Positions 12,981-26,922 are shown, counted from the whole stretch's first letter. The stretch is 63,604 nucleotides of DNA, filler included, from Octopus bimaculoides (GCF_001194135.2; 6 parts of 6 records of this genome joined end to end with filler, not necessarily neighbours in it), one strand, 5' to 3'. Numbers and translations are program-made. The notes: generated by a model from the sequence alone, not told the origin.

Positions 12981-14150
12981 CCGTCACAACCCAATACAGC
13001 AGAACCTTGAATAAATTGTCATCCTTAAATGTTTTTTCCGTTTAGTAATTGCATCAATCTTTATGCTGCTGAATGTCTTCCAACACTTTAAATACCTTTG
13101 ACCTTTCACAAATCTGTTCACTAAGCCGTCAGAATCCAAATTCTTACTAATTAACACGTTTTGTATGCAGCTAACTGACTGAACTTCCGTCACTTTAGTA
13201 CTGACTACTCGCATTTGTTTTTTCACTCCTAAGTTAATGAGATGGCGTAGCATATGACTAAGAAACCTCATCTGCCGCATGTTCTTCTAAAACCCTCAGA
13301 GAACAAACTCCACTAACCTAAAATGACCCAGCAGCATTGTTGTTTTACTGATAACAATAAACATAATCCAACGAAAAATGATAATACTAATGATGGTGTT
13401 CATTTGAAAAAATCTTAAATGAATCTTTGGGAACAATCGAGAACTAATCTTATAAAGACTGTCATTATAAATTGTACATTTTTTTCATTATAACATCTTT
13501 TGAATGCTTGAATAGTAAATATACATTTTTATAATCTTCGGGTGAATAACTTAGCGTGCTGACTTCATAATATCTTTTATAATTAATTATTGGTTTAGCA
13601 TGACACATGTCATTTCTTCCAATTATGCATTCCGTTTTTCTCTTATTTATATATATTAAGAGAGTGATATCATTAATTGTAATAACATCTAAACACCACG
13701 AGCAATATTTGATATTTTGCTTTTGTTAGAACAACTTAATTAGTATTAGTTTTGTTTGACATATGGATCAATTGAATGTTTATTTTCTTTGTTATAATTT
13801 AATTTAATTTTCCCTGAGCATGCAGTTATCATTTAAGTGGTGTTGACCTAAACTTGATTTATCATGCTATTAAATACGTTAGTTGTGCTTAAAAAGTCTT
13901 CACATGCATGTATAAGTTGTTTGCTTTTTACGTTAATTATTCCAATGACGTAAGTACAAGTTGTGTTTTGAAATTCAACGTCTTTTTAACCCATAAAAGA
14001 AATGATTTCCTGTCCAATCTTCATTTCTACATATTACAATATCTTATTCTGCTGTATATAAAACAAGCGACTCTATTTCTGTATAACGAATTATCTTTTC
14101 TAGTGTTTTACATACAATTGTGTCTATCGAAGATAGGAAAAGTTAAATAA
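12981..14150 (+). other. Candidate terminal exon plus AU-rich 3' UTR-like tract
   Basis: Strong acceptor aatatttctgtgttttgcag at 12961-12980; all frames stop within about 25 codons; about 1.1 kb of repeat-free AU-rich sequence follows, with AATAAA near 14146. Confidence 0.2.
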
Positions 14151-16692
14151 ATTTTCAAATTCCATCGAGAACTTCTTTGTCAGTATATTCCACCTCAGTT
14201 TGATTCCTATTGCAGTACATTGTATAATCTCTGTAGCTTACTCAAATAGGGCAGTATTTCCTGAGCACAAAATATTTTTACTCTATTGTAATATGATGAG
14301 GTAATCTGTACTGATTCCAATATTATACTGAATTTAATTTTCTTTTCTTGGTAGGAAGTCATGGTACTGGCTTGGAATGTTCTATATTCAAAATCAATTT
14401 ATGCATTTGTTTTAAATCAGTAGACAATTTGATCTGTGTATTGTAACACTCTTAATCTTCATTATTTTATTTAAGTTCATTTCAAATTTCAAATTGCATT
14501 AAATGAATATACCTTTTGCATAGAATCAAGTGTATTCCTGTCGAGACTCTAATACCATCACTTAGGGAAGAGATCATATAATATTTTTCCTCGTATGAAA
14601 GCAACAAAATATGATCCAAGATAATTTTCGTTTATATTCACTGATGATCGAGCTACGGAATACAGGGTCTCTGTTATAGAACAGTATTGCAGTCGTACAA
14701 CTCAATTTATTGACAGAATATTTCATAGGAAGAAAGAAAGAAATATTCCTTTCATAATGATCAAGAATACATGACAATGGCGAAAAGAGATGTCCTTCAT
14801 GATGGGATTCACAGAAAGACAACCTCTGGATTATGTCCGATTTTCCTCTCTATGACTGGATATGAATTTTAAAATAACAAGAATTTGCAAAATATTGATC
14901 CTAGTATTGAATAATGTATGCGTGCAGATTTAGTCCTCAGTATCCTCTGCTATATCTAATGCCAGACAAATAAGTTTTATCATATGGAAATTTTATCATT
15001 TGCGACATTTTGTAATCAATAATACCAACGTAAGGATAGTAACATGAATTCCAACCGGGAATTAAATCTGAATGAGAAATTAGTTCGAAGGGAATACAGT
15101 AACTTATGAAAAACAATGACATCTTATTTTCTTATGAAGATAATCAGAATAATTTTTGCTGAGCTTCATGCTGTTTACAAATAAATAACTCTGAAAGGTG
15201 AAGTGAAATTATTTTAAACAGAATACGAAACCGTATTGCAAAATTTAGCTTCCACTAATTTATCAACTCGCTCACACATTCGACCTTTCCCGAGAAATAA
15301 TTGTTTTTTTATGAAACTATGTTTTGCTCTTAAATTCTATGCCCTTTCTTCTATAATATATGCTGAATAATTTGATTACTTATTCCTGCAAGGTCAATAT
15401 TGTTTTTTAACTTATTAGGTAGGATATCATTTTGTGCGGAGATATATATTTTTTATTAACACAGAATAAAATGTGTGTTTCATAGTAAAAATATTTTTCT
15501 CTCTTATTTTGGATCTTTGCAAAAAAGAGCTCCAAGTAAAACTGCAGTTTCATATAAGGCACAAAATATTGATGCTTGCTAAAAAATATTTCTTTTCTTA
15601 TTACATCTTTTATTTATTTATTTATATTGCTCATAGACACCCATCCTTATTAAGTTTAAGATATGCATAAAATTTATGGAGAACTAGGGGAAAAGCTCAA
15701 ACATTCTTCAAGAGAGATAGAAACCTGTGCTTGCCTTCCAGATATGACGCTTTACTTAGTACTTAGATAATGAGTTTTGCGAAGAAATGTTTTTCTGTCT
15801 CTCACAAATATTTTATAAGTGAATTGAAACGCAGCTTCAAGCTAAAGTATTGTTCGAATTCTATGAAAACAGTGCTCCGTAGCACTGAAATTATACATAC
15901 CTACAAATAAAGATAAATACACGCACACACACGTGTGTGTATATATATAAATATGTGTGTGTGTATGCATAGATACATATATGCATAAACATTGCTATGT
16001 CTTTATGTATGAATGTGTGCTTTTGGAGTGTGTGCGCGCGCACTTTATAATTTAGATGGGAAAGTCTATACCGTCGATGCCAATAGTGATAACGGTTACC
16101 AGAGAAAAGAAGGATGGGCATGCTTCCAATTCTTACAGTTAACTACTTAGCATAGTGTTGACGATGCGATTTGTTATATATATATATATATANNNNNNNN
16201 NNNNNNNNNNNNNNNNNNNNNNNNNNNNNNNNNNNNNNNNNNNNNNNNNNNNNNNNNNNNNNNNNNNNNNNNNNNNNNNNNNNNNNNNNNNNNNNNNNNN
16301 NNNNNNNNNNNNNNNNNNNNNNNNNNNNNNNNNNNNNNNNNNNNNNNNNNNNNNNNNNNNNNNNNNNNNNNNNNNNNNNNNNNNNNNNNNNNNNNNNNNN
16401 NNNNNNNNNNNNNNNNNNNNNNNNNNNNNNNNNNNNNNNNNNNNNNNNNNNNNNNNNNNNNNNNNNNNNNNNNNNNNNNNNNNNNNNNNNNNNNNNNNNN
16501 NNNNNNNNNNNNNNNNNNNNNNNNNNNNNNNNNNNNNNNNNNNNNNNNNNNNNNNNNNNNNNNNNNNNNNNNNNNNNNNNNNNNNNNNNNNNNNNNNNNN
16601 NNNNNNNNNNNNNNNNNNNNNNNNNNNNNNNNNNNNNNNNNNNNNNNNNNNNNNNNNNNNNNNNNNNNNNNNGGGACAAACACACACACACA

Positions 16693-16741
<49 letters not shown>

Positions 16742-16742
16742 T

Positions 16743-16895
16743 CACGACAGGCTTCCTTAGTTTCCGTCTACCAAATCCATTGGTCAAGCCGAAGCTATAG
16801 TAGAAGATACTTTCCTAAGATGCCACGCAGTGGGACTGAACTGAGAACCATGAGGTTGGTAAGCGAGCTACTTTACACACAGCCACACCTGCGTG
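16743..16895 (-). mobile_element. SINE family A head
   Basis: agtttccgtctaccaaatcc...ctatagtagaagatac...gccacgcagtgggactgaac...cacacagccacacctgcg. Confidence 0.88.
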
Positions 16896-17339
16896 TATAT
16901 GAATACAGATTTTTATACAGCAGTTAGGTTTGAATATATCTGCATTATAAATTCCTTATTTTAGAATGAAAAATATTGCTTTGAAACGAATAGAATATTA
17001 TAATTAGGCAATGAGAGTAAACATAATTACTGTAGCATAAATCTACATTAACGAACAAAGGCGATCATTTACTGGAAGTATAATTTATTAAGGTGAATTA
17101 TTAAACAAGCTTAACATAGAATTTACTATTAAACGAATATGCTCGAGGCATACGCCGCATATGATGACCGAATTGTAATATCTCAGTAATTTGTGATCTA
17201 TATTCATAATACCAAGGGTAATGAAAACCTTGCGTACATAGCTTAAATATATACGTATGTGCTTATATGTATACATATATGTGTGTGAGTGTATATATAC
17301 ATGTATTGTACATACAAATTACAAATAAATATATTTACA

Positions 17340-17393
<54 letters not shown>

Positions 17394-18109
17394 TGCATAT
17401 TCTATACAAATAATTACTCATACACACACACTAGTGTGTAGGTGAGCGCTGACATTAGCCAGAGGAGAGTTATCAGTGTCAGTGTTAATTGCAAGTTCTC
17501 CAAAGCTATTTCAAATTTATGCAACTGATATTCAGCTTGAACATCTGTAGTTTGTGTTATGTGATAGGGGAGGAATTTTCAGGTGGGTAAAATTCTAAGA
17601 GAGAAGAATGAAGAGAACAAACTGTTAACTATTTAAGAAGATTAGCGACCAATATGAGAATATGTTAGATAAGAAAAATGTATCGTTGAATTAGTGAGTC
17701 TGTCATACTAATGTGTGATTCATTACCTATCAGCCGAATGATCTTCTATTGGATATGTGTAACGCTACCCGATAAAATCACCTACCTGTAGAGAAACCCA
17801 GTACTCAAATATGGATCCTTTCAATGTAAATCAGCAATAACTTATGTTGGATGTATTTTGTGGTTCAAAAGTGAACCATTCCTTTATTGAAGAGGTTTTC
17901 TGATTTTGTTTACTAAAAAAATGATAAAATATAAGTAGAACTAGCATTTGTCATCACTATAAACGATAGTGTTCCATTTAAGGCAGAGCTCCAGAATAGC
18001 CGCAGTCAAATGACTGCGACAAGTCAAAGAATGATTAGGTCTGGCGTTCGTAGTATTTTGCAGAGATTTATTGGAGGTTTCTATATATTATAGATATTTG
18101 TCGGGTGAA

Positions 18110-18310
18110 GCCGGAGCAATGCGAGAAGATATAAAGTAAATTACAAAAAGAAAGATAATAAAGTAGGTGTTTTTGCTTATCTGCTTAGATTTCGGGGCTA
18201 TGACTGCTTCTTCAGAACACGTGGAAAAGCGAGGGTTGGAACAAGGTCGTTGCTCTTATATGTGAGTGAGAACGGTGAAATACTCAGATTGGTGTTGCTA
18301 AGGTAATCAG
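18110..18310 (-). mobile_element. Probable Penelope-like element remnant with degenerate hammerhead core
   Basis: Minus strand 18187-18219 reads CTGAAGA-AGCAGTCATAGCCCC-GAAA; stems are poor. Confidence 0.35.
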
Positions 18311-18336
18311 TCTGCTTCATGTAATTTTTTTTCCAG

Positions 18337-18368
18337 TTATTTATGACTGGTCACAGGTTCTGGAGAAG
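18337..18368 (+). other. Candidate 32-nt exon
   Basis: gtaatttttttccag|TTATTTATGACTGGTCACAGGTTCTGGAGAAG|gtgagt; frames xIYDWSQVLEK or LFMTGHRFWR. Confidence 0.35.
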
Positions 18369-19254
18369 GTGAGTATCTCTTTAGTGCAATGTTACACAAT
18401 GCTTCACAAAAAACCACTCCGTTTCTTTGTCTATTTAATACCCTAAAATTAAAGTATAGTGTGGTTTTAGAGATATTTAGCTCATATATCTAACACTTGG
18501 AACTACGACTAAACGGAATCCTAGGTGCTTGCTTGAATTTAGTAGTATGTTTTCTTTATGAGACACATCCACTACATGCATCTTACATCTAGATGTACGT
18601 AGCGGCTGTGTCGTTTTGCCCTCGACAAATACTTAGTAATATTCCAATCAAAGCATGCTTTCAGAATTTCTGATAGGTTTGTTTTTCTTGTCTCAAAGTT
18701 AGTTCACTCTGAGCGGATTTATGATGGCTGTCATTTCAGCTGTGACTACTGTCATTCGGATATATATGTTTGAAGACATGTGTATAAAGGAAGTGCATTC
18801 CATGATAGATCTGCGCTATGTGATCTGAGGTCTTCGTTCATTGAGTTCTCTATATCTTGCACAAATGTTTTTACTCTTTGTAGAACACATCTGTATGATA
18901 TAGATTAAGAATTAGTGAAGGATATAGTCATCTATACAGGATGATATGTATTTAGAAATAACAGAACCAATTAATGTTCCGAAGACCTGTGTAGGTTACA
19001 TTGCCATAGTTTGGGAACATCTCAGATTATAGCCTATCAAAAATGCACTTTGACTGGCAAATGATTCGCGGAGAGACACTATTATTCGTCAACGAGACTA
19101 TGTGTTTCACATGCGTTATACCTCAACACACGATAACTGTGAACTGCCCTATATTATGTAATGGCTAAGGATTGCGTGATCGGAAGAGTGTTCTTAAGTA
19201 ACTGCTATCTTTGCAGCATTGCCAAGGTATCAAAAGATTATATATATCGATAAA

Positions 19255-19490
19255 AGTACTCCACGCGTCACAGGCTCATAAATCTGATATCCCGGATACT
19301 GTGGTGTATACATTCCCCCACTCGGCTGGACGCATATCCGTTATAGAAATAAGCATTTTTATCAATTTAGTGGACTAGAGTAATGTAAACTTAAGAGTTT
19401 TGCTCAAGAACACAACGCATAGCCTGGTCCTAGGATTGAAATTACATTCATGAGCGCAAAACCTTAACCACTAAACTACACGCCTCCATA
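19255..19490 (-). mobile_element. tRNA-derived SINE, family C
   Basis: Minus strand: ggaggcgtgtagtttagtggttaagg (A-box-like)...tttcaatcctagg (B-box-like)...gttcttgagcaaaactc...ctagtccact central domain. Confidence 0.8.
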
Positions 19491-19950
19491 AGTATATATA
19501 TATATATNNNNNNNNNNNNNNNNNNNNNNNNNNNNNNNNNNNNNNNNNNNNNNNNNNNNNNNNNNNNNNNNNNNNNNNNNNNNNNNNNNNNNNNNNNNNN
19601 NNNNNNNNNNNNNNNNNNNNNNNNNNNNNNNNNNNNNNNNNNNNNNNNNNNNNNNNNNNNNNNNNNNNNNNNNNNNNNNNNNNNNNNNNNNNNNNNNNNN
19701 NNNNNNNNNNNNNNNNNNNNNNNNNNNNNNNNNNNNNNNNNNNNNNNNNNNNNNNNNNNNNNNNNNNNNNNNNNNNNNNNNNNNNNNNNNNNNNNNNNNN
19801 NNNNNNNNNNNNNNNNNNNNNNNNNNNNNNNNNNNNNNNNNNNNNNNNNNNNNNNNNNNNNNNNNNNNNNNNNNNNNNNNNNNNNNNNNNNNNNNNNNNN
19901 NNNNNNNNNNNNNNNNNNNNNNNNNNNNNNNNNNNNNNNNNNNNNNNNNN

Positions 19951-20000
<50 letters not shown>

Positions 20001-21131
20001 GTGTGGGGTGTAAACGCGTTTCCAGAATTGTGCGTTAATGAGAAGCCACATAATATACGCATTACCGTCTCGTCATCAGCGGCAAATATCTAACCGAATG
20101 TGCGTTAAAAACAATGTTGCTTATCATCTGATATTATTTCTATTTTTGATTCTTAGTTTAAAATTAAGTTCTATCGAACTTATCGGAAGCTGCCCTTCAT
20201 AGAAATTTGTTAGTTAGTTTTAGATATATTACAACTAGTACTTTATTATCTAATGTACCTTACTCGTTTTACGACAGTAGGAGATTTGACTGCTATTTCT
20301 AACACTTCAAATGCCAACAACATTGTTTAGCAGCCCCAACTTGCATTTTGGTGTTTTAACTAAAAGACCGGATAGGTCGTATTGAATAAATGAACCAACT
20401 CATACTGTTTTCAATTTTAATATATCTTCATTTTGGATTTATCTTATCGAAGTATTAAATAGCTCGTATTTTTTAGCTCTTGATTTATGAGCTTCTATAA
20501 TACATGATATGCATAATTTTATATGTTCTATTTATTTAATCATATGTTCTATATCACAAAATACATTTTGTAATATGAAATCTATAAAATAAATTAAATT
20601 TTTTTTGTTACATTATTAGCGGAGGCTTATAAAATATGACAGCTTTTTTGTTAATATTTTTCGTTTGAAATTAAAAAAAAATCTTGAGACGTATTTTTTC
20701 CTAACCTTTGTATTGTATTAAAGAAAGGAAATGGAGACAATATGTAATATATGACTCATTAAATATTTCGTTGGGCGACATATTTCACAGTGTCTTTAGA
20801 GAAATGTGATAAATAATTGCAGAATAATATATAATTTTTCAGAATCAATTATGCTGCTTGGTGGACTTCGTGAAGCGTATAATGGTTTTTAAAATTTTTT
20901 ACTTCATATATTGCAGTAATTCGTATGTTCTTTTATTTAATAATTTCACTGTTATTTTTGGATATATAATGTACGATGTATTTCCATTCCTATAACTGAA
21001 GACAAATTATGTTTTAACATATTTTTTAAACATTTTCTGTTGTTTCTTGATTTCAAAAATAATTTTCTTACTAGAAGTCTTCCATTTCTTTTTCTCTTAT
21101 ATATAATAGATAAAATTATATATATATATAT

Positions 21132-21231
21132 NNNNNNNNNNNNNNNNNNNNNNNNNNNNNNNNNNNNNNNNNNNNTTAATTAATTAANNNNNNNNNNNNN
21201 NNNNNNNNNNNNNNNNNNNNNNNNNNNNNNN
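21132..21231. other. Artificial 100-bp scaffold spacer
   Basis: 44 N + TTAATTAATTAA (21176-21187; stops in all six frames) + 44 N. Confidence 0.95.
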
Positions 21232-21235
21232 TATA

Positions 21236-21272
<37 letters not shown>

Positions 21273-21985
21273 GCATATATATGCATATGTATGTATATAT
21301 ATGTGTGGATATGTGTGTATGTATGCATGCATGGTGACAGTAATGTTTGGCGTTTTTAATTAGAAAGTAGTCGTCTTGGTGATGATGATGATGATGATGA
21401 TGATGATGACGATGATGATGCTAGTTGATGTTACTAATGATGGTGATATTACTGTTGATGTTGCTGGTGTTGTTGTTTAACCGCAGGTCAGGTGAGCTCA
21501 GACGAAGCAAGCCTATGATTAAAGGGAGGAGACTTAAGTGACCAAATAGCTGCTCCCTCATTCATATGAATAGTGAAAGAACGAGCACAGTGGCTAACGG
21601 TAGTGATGGTGGTAGTGGTGGTGGTATGTGGTGGTGGTAGTGGAGGTAGTATGTGTTGGCGGTAGTGTTGGTGGTCGTCGCCATGGCAATGGTAGTGGTG
21701 GTGGTGGTGGTATTTGTGGTTGCAGTAATAGCGGAAGTGCCTGTAATTGTGTTGATAGTATTGGTGGATGTAGAGATAGTATTGGTGGATGTAGGGTCAA
21801 TGGTCATAGTAGTGATCGTGTTGGTAGTTCTTGTAGTAGTGGCAGTGGTTATAGCTGTAGTGGTGGTGGTATCTTCGCCATATTTCTATCAACAAAACTT
21901 TGCAATTTTTTTTATCCTATTTCTACATCCGACATTTTTAAAAATCACTTCTGCTATTTTCCCTTTCATTCATTCATTCATTCAT

Positions 21986-22052
<67 letters not shown>

Positions 22053-22713
22053 ATAGTTGACAATGTAAAAGAGAAAAAGCATCAAAAAATAGTTCACTAA
22101 TACAGTTTCTCCTTCTTCTAACCTGATGACACCAGCAACGGAAACAGCAGCAGCATTAGCAGTACCAGTAGCAGCGGTAGCAGNNNNNNNNNNNNNNNNN
22201 NNNNNNNNNNNNNNNNNNNNNNNNNNNNNNNNNNNNNNNNNNNNNNNNNNNNNNNNNNNNNNNNNNNNNNNNNNNNNNNNNNNNNNNNNNNNNNNNNNNN
22301 NNNNNNNNNNNNNNNNNNNNNNNNNNNNNNNNNNNNNNNNNNNNNNNNNNNNNNNNNNNNNNNNNNNNNNNNNNNNNNNNNNNNNNNNNNNNNNNNNNNN
22401 NNNNNNNNNNNNNNNNNNNNNNNNNNNNNNNNNNNNNNNNNNNNNNNNNNNNNNNNNNNNNNNNNNNNNNNNNNNNNNNNNNNNNNNNNNNNNNNNNNNN
22501 NNNNNNNNNNNNNNNNNNNNNNNNNNNNNNNNNNNNNNNNNNNNNNNNNNNNNNNNNNNNNNNNNNNNNNNNNNNNNNNNNNNNNNNNNNNNNNNNNNNN
22601 NNNNNNNNNNNNNNNNNNNNNNNNNNNNNNNNNNNNNNNNNNNNNNNNNNNNNNNNNNNNNNNNNNNNNNNNNNNNNNNNNNNNNNNNNNNNNNNNNNNN
22701 NNNNNNNNNNNNN

Positions 22714-22714
22714 N

Positions 22715-22808
<94 letters not shown>

Positions 22809-22830
22809 AAGAAGAAGAAGAAGCAGCAGC

Positions 22831-22900
<70 letters not shown>
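22714..22900. repeat. Compound trinucleotide microsatellite (TAA)n-(GAA)n-(GCA)n-(GTA)n
   Basis: Directly visible; representative of the many (TA)n, (CA)n, (CATA)n, (TCTA)n, (ATG)n, (GTG)n and (GAA)n arrays in the window. Confidence 0.97.
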
Positions 22901-22901
<1 letters not shown>

Positions 22902-23376
22902 GTTGAGTGAAGACTTAATAATGCCTTACAACCTTCAATTTATTATCCTCCCCTTCCGCCTCTCATCTTGTGCAAGTGGAATTTGCTTTTTTTAGTCTCC
23001 TGAAGGTTTTGGAATTTTGTTTTTTTTTTAAACTTCAAACACACAGTAATTTCTAGTGCTGCGGCTATCTTAAAAACGGGCATCCTGGTTATTATCTGTA
23101 GAGACATGACTACGGTTTTAAAAGGGCCACTTTTCAAATAAATATGCGATTCACTGATCGATCCCATTGGGCGAAACTTTAGGAAAATGTCTTGTCAGTT
23201 GTGGCCCAAAGTTTTCCACTCTCTTCTGAGTGTAATTTAGAAGAGACACGTCCTTTACTGCACACATACACAGATATATAACATGTGTGTATGTATATAA
23301 ATGTATGAAAATATTTAAATGTACGTACGTATGTGTGTACGTATGTATGCATGCATGCGTGTGCGTGTGTTTGTGT

Positions 23377-23426
<50 letters not shown>

Positions 23427-24190
23427 NNNNNNNNNNNNNNNNNNNNNNNNNNNNNNNNNNNNNNNNNNNNNNNNNNNNNNNNNNNNNNNNNNNNNNNNNN
23501 NNNNNNNNNNNNNNNNNNNNNNNNNNNNNNNNNNNNNNNNNNNNNNNNNNNNNNNNNNNNNNNNNNNNNNNNNNNNNNNNNNNNNNNNNNNNNNNNNNNN
23601 NNNNNNNNNNNNNNNNNNNNNNNNNNNNNNNNNNNNNNNNNNNNNNNNNNNNNNNNNNNNNNNNNNNNNNNNNNNNNNNNNNNNNNNNNNNNNNNNNNNN
23701 NNNNNNNNNNNNNNNNNNNNNNNNNNNNNNNNNNNNNNNNNNNNNNNNNNNNNNNNNNNNNNNNNNNNNNNNNNNNNNNNNNNNNNNNNNNNNNNNNNNN
23801 NNNNNNNNNNNNNNNNNNNNNNNNNNNNNNNNNNNNNNNNNNNNNNNNNNNNNNNNNNNNNNNNNNNNNNNNNNNNNNNNNNNNNNNNNNNNNNNNNNNN
23901 NNNNNNNNNNNNNNNNNNNNNNNNNNNNNNNNNNNNNNNNNNNNNNNNNNNNNNNNNNNNNNNNNNNNNNNNNNNNNNNNNNNNNNNNNNNNNNNNNNNN
24001 NNNNNNNNNNNNNNNNNNNNNNNNNNNNNNNNNNNNNNNNNNNNNNNNNNNNNNNNNNNNNNNNNNNNNNNNNNNNNNNNNNNNNNNNNNNNNNNNNNNN
24101 NNNNNNNNNNNNNNNNNNNNNNNNNNNNNNNNNNNNNNNNNNNNNNNNNNNNNNNNNNNNNNNNNNNNNNNNNNNNNNNNNNNNNNNNNN

Positions 24191-24610
24191 GAGCATTATC
24201 CTGATGGAAGAACACCTTTCGTCTTGAAACCAAACATAGTCGTTTTTCTTCTAGCGCAGGTGTCGATTAATGGTTAAATTACCAAACCCAAGCTTCTCTG
24301 CAAGTTGCTCAACGGTTACGATTTTGTTCCACCAGGGTTCGCAGGACGCCCTCTTCGAGCTCTGCAGATGTTTCAGAACGAAGCTCGTCTTCTAAGCTGT
24401 AGTTTCCGGCTCGGAATTTCTGGAATCACCATTGACACAGGCTTACGCCTATTGTCCGATCCCCATATACTGCATTAATATTCCTCGCACTTTCCGTTAC
24501 ATTGTTGCCTTTATTGAACTCATAAAGCAAAATATGTCGAATATGCCCTTTTGCCACTTCCATTATAGCTTTCAAAAAATAACTTTAAAACTTCAAAACT
24601 TGCACTAAAA
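24191..24610 (-). mobile_element. Mariner transposase remnant, internally deleted
   Basis: From ATG 24563: MEVAKGHIRHILLYEFNKGNNVTESARNINAVYGDRTIGVSLCQW*FQKFRAGNYSLEDE (HTH region), then ...RKVFFHQDNA (second catalytic D) at 24191-24233; runs into a gap. Confidence 0.92.
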
Positions 24611-25186
24611 ATAAGGACAAGGTGGTGGTAGTGGTGGTGGTTGTAATGTGACTGTGGTTTCGGTACTGCTATTGTGATTACGTCGTGTCAGTTTTTTTTT
24701 TTTTTTGAGGTATGAAGGTAAAAACAAAACCTGTAATAATTGGAGCATTGGGCATGATAAAAAAAAACCATATGAACAAAAACGTAGAAGCTATACCTGG
24801 ACCCTCAACACTACATACTATCCAAAAAATAGCCCTGCTAGGAACAGTACACATCCTACGTTAGATACTATCAATTCAATAATACAACGCAAATAAAACA
24901 ATCCATAAACACAAGACACACACTATATAGTAAATATTCAATAAAATAAACAACCATCAGCAGGCTATTTATCCAACGTATTACACTCACAATACACAAT
25001 ACTAACGCTAATATAAAAAAAGAGTGCGCCAGGTCTCTTAACAAAAGAAACTGACGCTATACAATACCAGGAAGAATTTGCATCCCCCCCCCCAACAACA
25101 AAAAAGTAGACACGATGCTGCACACACCCCAGCAACAAAGAGGTATATCAGGTGATGCAGTAAAAATTTGCCTGGAGCTACCAATG

Positions 25187-25238
<52 letters not shown>

Positions 25239-25240
25239 CA

Positions 25241-25380
25241 ACATTGAAAACAGAGCCCAATGCGATAAACAAGATAATAGGTATCAACACTCTAGCCACA
25301 GCTACAATATTCTTAACTGAACACTCTATGAACTAATCAAAATAGACAAGAAAACAAGAAAAATAATGGTCCTCAAATGA
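25241..25380 (+). mobile_element. R4/Dong-type LINE RT fragment after (TAA)n
   Basis: LKTEPNAINKIIGINTLAT...ELIKIDKKTRKIM, homologous to the RT at 50.1-50.2 kb; begins directly after a (TAA)n/(CAA)n run. Confidence 0.75.
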
Positions 25381-25547
25381 TTTTTACTGCAATGATTGAA
25401 ACCGCTGCGCTTTCTGCTCTGCACTACCAGTGAACACTGCTCTTCAGCTTTCTCTGTCTGTCTGTCTGTCGGTCGGTCTGTATCTCGCTCTTTCTCTACC
25501 TGTCTAGTACTTCAGAAGAAAAAGTCCTCAAGTGTATTTGCACATCT

Positions 25548-25607
<60 letters not shown>

Positions 25608-26374
25608 ATGAGTGTATGAGTGTGTGCGTATGAATGTGTGTGTGTATGTGTGTGTGTGTGTGTGCTTGTGTGCGTGGTGTTTGTGTTTATGTGTTTGTGT
25701 CTGTGTGTATGACTGTTGTTGCTATTGTAGCCAAAAGGATCTTATGACAAAAAACATGGATGATCTTCCTTGTCTCTTTCTCTTTTTCCTTCCATCCAGA
25801 GAAAACAAAAACGTTCCAACGTAAAAAGTAGAAAAGAAAATGTGATTCTCTCCCCTGAATTTTATAGATTCTCCCTCCCCCCTCTCTCTTTCTCTCTCTC
25901 TCGTTGCCATAATAGCAAGTCCATCGAGCAATAAACATGTTGCTGGTGGAAATTTTTTCTTTAATGCTATTTAAAACAAAGTTTAATTTCTCTGCTTAAC
26001 GTCCATAAAAGTATGTCCGTTTTGGTTAGAAGCTGTTGGGCGTTCTTGCTTGAAGAAGCTAATTTGTTCCTCTACGATTGAAGGGGGAAATAATTCTGAG
26101 ATTTCAGTCTTTTATCTGCTTTTTTCTTTTCTTTCCCATATTAAAATCGTTTTCTTTTTTTCTCCCGCTTCTGAAACGAAGAAAATTATATAAACAATTA
26201 ATTATCCTTCTGTACACTAATTCTGCATCAAATATAGTAATTTTGCATCTAATTTTACTGAGTAAATTCACGAACTTCAAGAACGAAACAGAACACATCT
26301 GATTAATACACCACCACCACTACCACCACCACCACCACCACCGCCGCCAACAATAACAACAGCAACAACAAGGT

Positions 26375-26580
26375 CAGCAATTTTGAGAGGAAGAGGTTTG
26401 TTTTCAATGCCCGTCGACCCCAGTACGTAACTGGTAACTTTATTTTGTCGAGCCCGAAAGAATAAAAGACAAAGATAATCTCCGTACGGTGTGAATTTAG
26501 AACGTAAAACAGTCAGAAGAAATATCGGTGTATCGTTTGATCCGACGACGCTGAAACGTTTCAGCCATTTTACCGCCTTG
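26375..26580 (-). mobile_element. SINE family B (degenerate)
   Basis: gtcgaccccagtacgtaactggt...cgaaagaataaaagacaaag...gaatttagaacgtaa...ccgcctt. Confidence 0.8.
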
Positions 26581-26610
26581 ATGATGATGATTATGATGAT
26601 GATGATGAGG

Positions 26611-26672
<62 letters not shown>

Positions 26673-26886
26673 GAAAGCAACAGCAACAACTGTACCAAGT
26701 TAGAAATCATCAGATTTATTGGTGAGGTCAATCGTGAAACTGTTTAATTGAGAGAAAATTCTGGTAATTGGAAATTATTAAACAGTAATTGTTGTTGCTG
26801 CTGTTGTTGTTGTTGTTGTTGTTAAAATGGTGATTGTAGTAATGGTAGTGCGCCTGCAGTAGTTGTAATAATACTAGGAATGATAG

Positions 26887-26922
<36 letters not shown>

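Noticed and set aside
12984-13280. 98-aa minus-strand ORF
   Set aside because: No motif recognised; a few ORFs of this length are expected by chance in AT-rich DNA of this size.
14520-15150. Complex, coding-looking sequence with short ORFs on both strands
   Set aside because: All frames are interrupted and no family motif was recognised; possibly an ancient transposon.
16056-16150. DGKVYTVDANS peptide resembling a PQQ/beta-propeller repeat
   Set aside because: Weak acceptor, no donor, only about 10 similar residues.
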